From Paraspadella gotoi (taxonomy: Eukaryota; Animalia; Chaetognatha): a DNA stretch of 11,080 nt. How positions within the stretch are numbered: the stretch's first letter is position 1; the number at the start of each line of letters is the position of its first letter. Shown here one piece after another: positions 1 through 7,112 of the stretch. Location of the stretch: assembly GCA_051294375.1 (NCBI GenBank), contig JBJCIZ010000493.1:1-11080 (forward strand), written 5' to 3'. The notes beneath the pieces were generated by a model that saw nothing but the letters and a program-made list of their open reading frames with translations, searched no databases and was not told the DNA's origin. A program made the position numbers and the translations under genes.

Positions 1-1
1 T

Positions 2-17
2 GAGAGAGAGAGAGAGA
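2..17. repeat. (GA)n microsatellite
   Basis: GAGAGAGAGAGAGAGA at the window start. Confidence 0.9.
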
Positions 18-574
18 CGAGTCAGGCGAATATCATGCGTCCATTATTTTCAATTCTACGCCCCGTTTTTGTCGCATTGCTGCGAAATTAAATGAGAATA
101 ATAATTAACAAAATAAACCAAAAATATCAGAAAAAACATAAAAAGTTTGAGAAAACAATGTCGGATCTGCCTACGATAATTAAGCGTTTATCAGCTAATA
201 AATGACCATAATTCTTTCAATTTGTGATCATGACAGATCGTACCATACCAAACCAATGGCTGTGCATTAGCGCGGAGCATAAGTACTAGATATGATATAT
301 GTGTGTCCCCTTAATTTTTTGTATTCGGTATTATACTACACTCCAAGATATAAAATATTAAAATTCGCTCGCTCAATTTATAAAGCAATTAGATGCAAAA
401 AAATTGAAAAAAATGATAAAATTTGATATCAAAGAAAGCTGGTTAAGTTCACTTTTGTTAGTGAAATATTGCTAAAACAAAGGATTTAAACCCGTTTTCA
501 TCCATAAAATATTAAAAAATCTTTTTATATAAATATTGATACATGTGATAATCCTTTTTTTCGTTGTTGTTTAC

Positions 575-694
575 TATTTTAGAGAAAAACAAAGTGTTTT
601 TGAAGACTCGAACCCAAAGAGTCGAAACATGTCCGTCTATTGAAATAAAAATCGTTGTAACAAATTCAAAAACAGTTTGTTTTTCTCTAAAATA
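575..694 (+). mobile_element. 30-bp inverted repeat enclosing a Penelope-like pLTR fragment with a truncated hammerhead motif (alternative: MITE)
   Basis: 575-604 and 665-694 are reverse complements at 29 of 30 nt. The interior reads TGAA-GACTC-gaacccaaa-GAGTC-GAAAC-AT-GTC, followed by AATAAA at 644-649. Confidence 0.6.
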
Positions 695-2734
695 TAAATA
701 TTGAGTAATTCTAAAAGATAAATATTTTTATAAAAATTGCTAAAAATTAAGCAAAATGGAAAATAAGTACAGAGCTACATAACACAGTCAAAATCCTATT
801 TAAAGCTTATAAAAGCTTTTAATAGCTACATTAAACTTTATACAGCTTAAAATAAGCTTTACCAAAAATATTAGTTGACTTAACCATTAGTTGACACTAC
901 CCATTACCACTATCCCTCCCTTCCTTAGATCGCTCTGGCCAATCTGTATTTTTTTTATCAAAATAAATTCTTATGAAATATTAGTAAAATCGTTTTAAAT
1001 TAGAGCTACTCTATTAAAAATTAGCATAATTATTAATAACAATAATGAAAAATACTAAAATTTGTTTCGCAAAATTAATTTTTGATCATAGGTATTTAAA
1101 ACCATTTTCCTAAACCTTTATTCATTTTGTTTAATATTTTTTTGGTTCATTTTAGTCTGTATAACATATTGTTAAGAATGTAGAACGAGTTGGTTAGTTA
1201 ATTTATAAACAAATAATTTGGTAATATTTCCATTCAATTGTTTTTTCTGCCTTTTTGATGTCTATTCCTGATAACATAGTCCCATTAATCACCAATTTTT
1301 TGCTCTCTAGTGGTCTGCAGTAGGTTATGTCTTAAGCCCTGGTCCCGGCAATAAATATTATGCATAAAAAGAAAGTTGTTTTCGTCAGCTTCCCTAATTT
1401 CCCAGATCTCTGTGTTGGCCAACCGTTGGTGCTTTGTGCAATACTCTTGGTACAGCTGCCCCTACACATTCAAGACTTTACAAATTGGCATACATCAATT
1501 TATCCAGCCCTCTCCCTTGTTGGCCGAATTTGTTCATTCAATGAAAAATTTATTTTTTATTATTATATTTATTATTAGATTTATTAAACATTTTTTTTAT
1601 AATCATATCCCTTGATAAGGATAGCTTCAAAAGGATACAGTTAAGCAATTTTTATCATTTGGTACCTCACCAGTATCATATAAATAAACAATGACAGAAG
1701 AAGACGATGACAAAGTTTAACCTTTCAATTATCAGTAGAGATTAAGCCAAACTGTGATCTTTAATAACCATTTTCATTTACTTAATTTTATTATTGATAT
1801 TTTAGTTTTCTTCACTCTGTAATCTGTATGGCTTTAAAAGTATTTTGTTTCATGCTTTTGTTTTTTATTCTTCATATAAATTTTATTAAAAATTAATAAA
1901 ACTGAATTTTTAACATTTACAAACAATAAATTTTATAAATATTAAAAATAAACCTCTCTGTTCTTATCTCAAACTTAATAAAATAAAAGAAAAAAACATC
2001 AAACTTGACCTAAAGGCAACAATGTAAGGTAGGTACCGAGGGTGAAATGGCTTATGCCTTTAGTATCATAAACAATACCTCTTTTGCCTTGAAGGATTTT
2101 TTTAATAAGACAATGTCTCACAATTTATTTTTAAACACCATTTGAATAAATCCATAAATTCATTAGTTTCCTGATCGCTTTAGTTTATTATTTTGCTTTA
2201 TTTTTTGTAGTTTAAAAAATTCTAAACTTTATCCATTAATTAAAAATTAATAGATAAAATAACTTTTTACAAATAAAAACAGTTATATATCTCCTTATTT
2301 TACATATATATTTGATTAAAACTATCTTATTAACCATCTTTCCTATTTTTCAAAATTGTTTGTATTTTTCCAAAAAAATACAATTTCTTAATAATATTCA
2401 AATATTAATTAATGAAAGTTTTTACATTTATATAGTTGAAAACAGTTTTAAATACTTGGATTTAGCTATATTTTACTAATAATTAATAAATTAATAAAAC
2501 TAACCACTTTTATTTTAATTTTAAATTTACTATTTTTTCCGATTTTTTTACATCTTATCGCATTATAAAATCGATAGAATGGGATAATTGGCCAAGCAAA
2601 TTTTTGATTTTTTGATCTTAGGGAATAGTTTTACATGTGTTTCAAAAAATTAGGAGGGTACAAGATGTCCTTTATCATTTCTTGTATTTATACTCTGCGC
2701 TTCTGTGCATATACATGTAAATCAAACAAACAAA

Positions 2735-3110
2735 AAATTTTTTTAACTATTTTTATTTTTTCAACTTTTTTTTCAAACAAATAATTTTTTTACCTATTGT
2801 TATTTTTTCAACTTTTATTTTTTTTATCTTGCAACATTTTTTAACAGGCATAATTTTTTTTCAAACAAATATTTTTTTTAACTATTTTTATTTTTTCAAC
2901 TTTTATTTTTTTTATCTTGCAATATTTTTTCAACAGGCATAATTTTTTTAACTTGCACCATTTTTTTCACTTGCACCATTTTTCCACTTGCATCATTTTT
3001 TTTACTTGCATCCTTTTTTCAGTTCGTACATTTTTTAACTGGCATAATTTTTTCAACCGTTTTTTCTCTTGCACCATTTTTTTAAATGCATCATTTTTTC
3101 AATTTAACCA
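2735..3110. repeat. T-rich degenerate minisatellite
   Basis: Recurring ~16-19-nt units such as TTTTTTAACTTGCACCA and TTTTTCACTTGCATCA. The block TTTTAACTATTTTTATTTTTTCAACTTTT is duplicated at ~2740 and ~2875. Confidence 0.8.
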
Positions 3111-3184
3111 ATTATTCTATTAATTAACATTTATGAGTAAGCATAAATAATAAAAATTCAAGTCAACTTGACTTTGGTTTTTTC

Positions 3185-3404
3185 ATGCAAACTCATTTCC
3201 ACTCCTCAATTCCATCTAAACTTTATATTCTGCTCAATCACACAATTTCCTACCAACACACAAAATTTCATCTCATTCTATCCATCCAATTATGAATGAT
3301 TTTAGTAATTATGGGTTAAAATTAGTAAAAATATTCAAGAAAATGCGACTTATATTTTTTTTTCCATTTAAACCCATTTCCACTCGCACGATTCCATCAA
3401 AACT
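3185..3404 (-). mobile_element. DINE-1/HINE-like element, copy A, continuation left of the LTR insertion (tandem units)
   Basis: CATTTCCACTC...TTCCATC...AAACT occurs at ~3194 and ~3376 (period ~180 bp). The second unit resumes at 9030 as (A)CTTTATATCC...TTTCCTTACCCCACACAAAA, matching 3221-3270. Confidence 0.65.
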
Positions 3405-3758
3405 TGTGGGACTCTGCAAATTGATTGTTTTAGGCCCAAAATAAGAAGACGTTTTCGCGATCAAATATTTCACATGTAATTGGTTTTTAGCGTTTGCAAA
3501 AACCATGCGCAAACAAATAAAGTAAAATCATAACCAAGGAAATATAACAATAACAACAATTAACCAAATATTACAGAATTTAGCGTTTGTAACGCTCAAC
3601 AGTAGAATAAACGCGTTACGTGGTGTGAGAACTTTCATCACTAAGATGGTTGTGAGTGTGTGAGATTCACTAGTGAGTGAATGGTAAAGGTCACCGGTCT
3701 CCCGTCGTGTTTAGTCGTCGTCTTTGTCGTCGTCTTACGTCCTTTGGGTTGCCTAACA
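3405..3758 (-). repeat. 3' LTR
   Basis: Plus strand starts TGTGGGACTCTGCAAATTGATTG and ends TTTGGGTTGCCTAACA. Similarity to the other LTR stops at 3758, directly beside the PPT. Confidence 0.9.
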
Positions 3759-5673
3759 CTTCTCCCCACAACCGCGCCGCGTCGCTGCTGGTTGCTGTCG
3801 GCGATGACCGTTGGGCATGGCTCACATCCTTCACTCTGGGCTGTCCGAGGCGTATTGGGCCGCGGGCGCTCGTTTTGCGGTCCTCACGGGCTGTGACTTC
3901 GGCGTAGGAGCGGGCGCCGATTTTGGACAGAATTGTTCTCTTTGTACGCCTGGGAGAGGGGGTTGAAATTGTTTCGGACTGGCTTGCCGCCGTTGATGGA
4001 GGCGGCGTTTGGATCGTGACCTGACGTTTTGGAGGGCGTCCTCGAGGTGGAGCAGTTGGTGGCACCGGTGGATTTTCTTTGTCCATGACAGCGGGTTTNN
4101 NNNNNNNNAAAGTCACTGTGTCAGTTCCACGGCCGGGGATGTCGATGACAATGTCTCGCTGGCGTCGTTCTAGTATTCTGTATGGTCCAGCATAAGGCGG
4201 CGCCAGGGCGCCGGAAATGGCGGGGCGGCGAATAAAAACGAAATCAGCTTCCTCGAGTGATGCTGGAATGTGAGATGTAGGAACAGAATGAGTCGTGCCC
4301 GGGGTCGGGCGGAGGAGCGCAACGTCAAACCGAAGCCCGCGGAGTGTCTCCGCACGTGCATCTGCGTCGACTTCCGGTTCGACGTTCTGGGTGCCGACTA
4401 CCTCACCAGGGATGGCGAGGACGTCTCCTATTACAAGTTCTGCTGGAGAAGCATCGAGATCTGGTTTNNNNNNNNNNCTAAGGCCTAAGAGGACCCACGG
4501 GAGTTGTGAAAACCATTTTTCCGCCGCGTTTTCACATCGTGCTTTTAATGCCGCTTTGAGAGTTCGATGCATTCTCTCGACCATACCATTGGCCTGCGGA
4601 TGGTACGCGGTCGTCTGGGAGAGTTTAAATCCAATTGAATCGGCGAGTTGGCGCCACAATTCTGACGTGAATTGAGGGCCTCGATCGGTTGTTACGGTTG
4701 CAGGGATTCCAAAGCGCGCCACCCAATTGTGGATAAAGGCAGAAGCGATAGTTGATNNNNNNNNNNCTCGAATGGGGATGGCCTCTGGCCATCGCGTGAA
4801 TCGGTCTACGCATGTCAGGAGGTGGGCGTGGCCCTCTGAAACCGGAAGTGGACCAACAATGTCTAGATGGACGTGTTGGAATCGACGTTCAACTGGAGGG
4901 AATTTCTGCGGTGGTGCATGTATATTTTGTTGCACCTTGGCGCGCTGGCATGCTGTGCAGGAGCGAGTCCATTCTGCGACATTAGAAGAGGCCGAGGGCC
5001 ATGTGAAACGGCTCGTGACAAGTTTTTTGGTAGCTCGGACGCCTGGGTGGGAAAGTCCATGAAGGGCATCAAAAACCCGACGACGCCAGGTTTCCGGTAC
5101 CAGTGGGCGTGACCGACCACTGCTTATGTCACAAAGGATGTCAGTGTCATTGATTTGCACTTTTTCGAAACGCAAGCTGGTGTGGGCATCTGCGAGGAGG
5201 CGTTGAGTGTCTGCGTCGCCTGGTTGATCGTGCGCCATCTGCAACAGGTCGATGCCAGCTGGTGCCACAGCGTTGATCGTTGCTTGTAATGTTGGCTGGG
5301 CGGCAGGTGGCAGGTTTGTTCGCGAGAGGGCGTCGGCGACTACATTTGCCTTTCCCTCTATATGTTGGATGTCCGTAGTGTACTCGGCAATAGCGGCAAG
5401 CTGGTATGCTTGCCGCATCGTGTGCGGTTCCGATTTTTTTCGAATGGCCGGGACAAGGCTATTGTGGTCTGAGAATAGAGTGAACGGGCGGCCCTCTATG
5501 AATGGACGGAAGTGACGAACGGCCCGGAAGGCCGCGAGCAACTCGCGGTCGAAAGGAGGCCAGTTGCGCTGGTGTTGTTGAAGTGGTGCTGAGAAAAAAC
5601 CGAGCGGCATCCACTTTCCATCGATGGCCTGTTCCAGGACGACCGCCAATTTGCCGAGAGAGAAGCCGTCCAC
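3691..5673 (-). CDS. pol: Pol C-terminal part: RNase H, integrase (HHCC, DDE, GPY/F) and a basic Pro-rich tail; not an independent start
   Basis: RNase H: FDRELLAAFRAVRHFR, FTLFSDHNSL, GKANVVADALSR. Zinc finger: LHGLSHPG...CTACQRAK. Catalytic core: HVHLDIVGPLP, TTDRGPQFTS, GMVERMHRTLK. GPY/F module: PPYAGPYRIL. Confidence 0.96.
   Translation of the reverse strand: MDGFSLGKLAVVLEQAIDGKWMPLGFFSAPLQQHQRNWPPFDRELLAAFRAVRHFRPFIEGRPFTLFSDHNSLVPAIRKKSEPHTMRQAYQLAAIAEYTTDIQHIEGKANVVADALSRTNLPPAAQPTLQATINAVAPAGIDLLQMAHDQPGDADTQRLLADAHTSLRFEKVQINDTDILCDISSGRSRPLVPETWRRRVFDALHGLSHPGVRATKKLVTSRFTWPSASSNVAEWTRSCTACQRAKVQQNIHAPPQKFPPVERRFQHVHLDIVGPLPVSEGHAHLLTCVDRFTRWPEAIPIRXXXXSTIASAFIHNWVARFGIPATVTTDRGPQFTSELWRQLADSIGFKLSQTTAYHPQANGMVERMHRTLKAALKARCENAAEKWFSQLPWVLLGLXXXXKPDLDASPAELVIGDVLAIPGEVVGTQNVEPEVDADARAETLRGLRFDVALLRPTPGTTHSVPTSHIPASLEEADFVFIRRPAISGALAPPYAGPYRILERRQRDIVIDIPGRGTDTVTXXXXKPAVMDKENPPVPPTAPPRGRPPKRQVTIQTPPPSTAASQSETISTPSPRRTKRTILSKIGARSYAEVTAREDRKTSARGPIRLGQPRVKDVSHAQRSSPTATSSDAARLWGEVLGNPKDVRRRQRRRLNTTGDR
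3759..3767 (-). promoter_or_regulatory. Polypurine tract
   Basis: Minus strand GGGGAGAAG immediately precedes the TGT start of the 3' LTR. Confidence 0.8.
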
Positions 5674-6239
5674 AGTTAGGGCTAATTGGCATCCTCAAGA
5701 GGGTGGACCAGCATTGTCGCCGAGGCTAGGTGCCTCTTTTGCTGGCTGCTAAATGCCCTCGTCGCACTCTGATGTCCATCGAGGCTTTGGGTTTGCCGCG
5801 GAGGGTGCTGTACAGAGGATCGAGAGTGTGCGCGGCGTGTGGGAGGAAGCGTCGATAATAATTCAAGATGCCCAAGAAACGCTGAAGTTCTTTTATTGTC
5901 GTGGGCGTCGGGAATTTGCGAATGTCTTCGACCGGCTTGGAAAGGGGTGACTACCTGGCGGCTGACATTGTATCCAGAACATTCGAGTTGATGCTGCGCC
6001 AAACACCACACTTGAGGGTTGATTCACTAGGCCAGTTGGATTCTAGCCGAGATCGAAAACTGCGAGACAAGTCTATTACCATGTTCTTCCTCCGAAAGTG
6101 GATGTGCAAAGTATGTTCGTCAAAGTATAAACTGAATACATGAGGGTATGCCTGACTAGAATTTGTCCATCATTCTTGAAAGTCTTGGCCGCGATATTTT
6201 TAATCCAAAACGTTCGTAGTTATCGATAGCCAAAAGGAG
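5674..6239 (-). pseudogene. pol: RT core and thumb, disrupted by many small indels (decay or read error)
   Basis: Motifs are recoverable across frames: TAIITPFG, FGLKN, FQ/MMD, a garbled YxDD (tatactttgacgaacatactt, ~6109-6129) and PTPTTIKELQRFLGILNYYRRFLPHAAHTLDPLY. Confidence 0.85.
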
Positions 6240-7112
6240 TTATGATGGCTGTTTTCGGGCGATGTCTGCTTCATTGACTGGAATCTGATGGTAACCCTTG
6301 TAAAGGTCTATTTTCGAAAAAATGACCTTTCCAGCGATTTCCGCATTGAAGTCCGAGATATGCCGTATGGGGTACCGGTCGTCCTTTGTTGCTGCATTAA
6401 GGCGACGATAATCGCCGCAAGGGCGGAGACTACCATCAGCCTTCTTTACTACGTGGAGCGGAGAAGCCCAAGGGCTGCGACTTTTTCGGACAATCCCCAT
6501 TTTTTCCAGCTTGTCGAATTCTGCTTTTGCTGCAGCCAGCTTGTCTGGGGCAAGGCGGCGGGCGGAGGCATGGACGGGTGGGCCTTCTGTGAGGATGTGG
6601 TGTTCCACGCCATGTCGAGGTTTTGNNNNNNNNNNAGAAGGAGTGGTGAGCGAGGGTCGTTCGTCGAGAANNNNNNNNNNGACGTTATGGACTACATTGA
6701 CTCGAAATGGACGGCCGGGTTTAACTTGTCCTGCGACTGTCGTAAAGTCGTTGCAATCCATAAGAAGTTGGCCTCTGGGGAAAGGAGCTAGGTTGTGACT
6801 CATCAAGAAGTCGTTGCCCAGAATAGGGGTAGCGACATCCGCGATTGTAAAATCCCACTCGAAGGTGCGGCTGCCGAGGCGGAGCGTCATAGCGCGAGTT
6901 CCATAGCATGGAATGGGTGAACCGTTGGCAGCATGGAGTGGGGTGGCTGTCGGACCAGCGCGTCGCTCCTCGTCATTAGGAGCAACGAGGGAGACGCTTG
7001 CGCCGGTGTCGACGAGCCACGTGAGTCCATTGTGGATGTCGCGTACATGGAGCAGCGTCTCAATCTCGCCGGCGGCGGCGCTCACATCCGGCCGCCGGCC
7101 TTCGCGTTTCCC
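6240..7112 (-). CDS. pol: Pol N-terminal part: aspartic protease and start of reverse transcriptase
   Basis: Protease motifs WLVDTGASVSLV and PILGNDFL. RT motifs SPWASPLHVVKKADGSLRPCGDYRRLN and FSKIDLYKGYHQIPV. Confidence 0.93.
   Translation of the reverse strand, partial: GKREGRRPDVSAAAGEIETLLHVRDIHNGLTWLVDTGASVSLVAPNDEERRAGPTATPLHAANGSPIPCYGTRAMTLRLGSRTFEWDFTIADVATPILGNDFLMSHNLAPFPRGQLLMDCNDFTTVAGQVKPGRPFRVNVVHNVXXXXLDERPSLTTPSXXXXKPRHGVEHHILTEGPPVHASARRLAPDKLAAAKAEFDKLEKMGIVRKSRSPWASPLHVVKKADGSLRPCGDYRRLNAATKDDRYPIRHISDFNAEIAGKVIFSKIDLYKGYHQIPVNEADIARKQPS
7068..7112 (-). promoter_or_regulatory. -1 programmed ribosomal frameshift signal (gag-pol)
   Basis: G_GGA_AAC (7112-7106) is in the Gag frame. 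After a 6-nt spacer comes a 9-bp GC stem, GCCGGCGGC/GCCGCCGGC. The -1 frame runs without a stop into the protease ORF. Confidence 0.85.

Noticed and set aside
770-910. Clustered AAGCTT/AGCT words and a TTAGTTGAC...CCATTA duplication
   Set aside because: Short, irregular and compatible with slippage in AT-rich DNA.
1250-1615. GC-richer island with short plus-strand ORFs (72 and 79 aa)
   Set aside because: No recognisable motif in the frames I read, and the ORFs end in low-complexity AT sequence. It could be a decayed exon or TE fragment, but I cannot support a call.
2917-3123. 68-aa Phe/His-rich ORF
   Set aside because: It is a translation of the T-rich minisatellite.
3633-3642. GTGATGA on the LTR sense strand as a snoRNA C box or hammerhead core
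   Set aside because: No matching D box with a terminal stem, and no CUGANGA...GAAA geometry.
3691-4098. env gene or chromodomain after integrase
   Set aside because: There is no room for a third ORF, and no transmembrane segment or chromodomain aromatic pattern is present.
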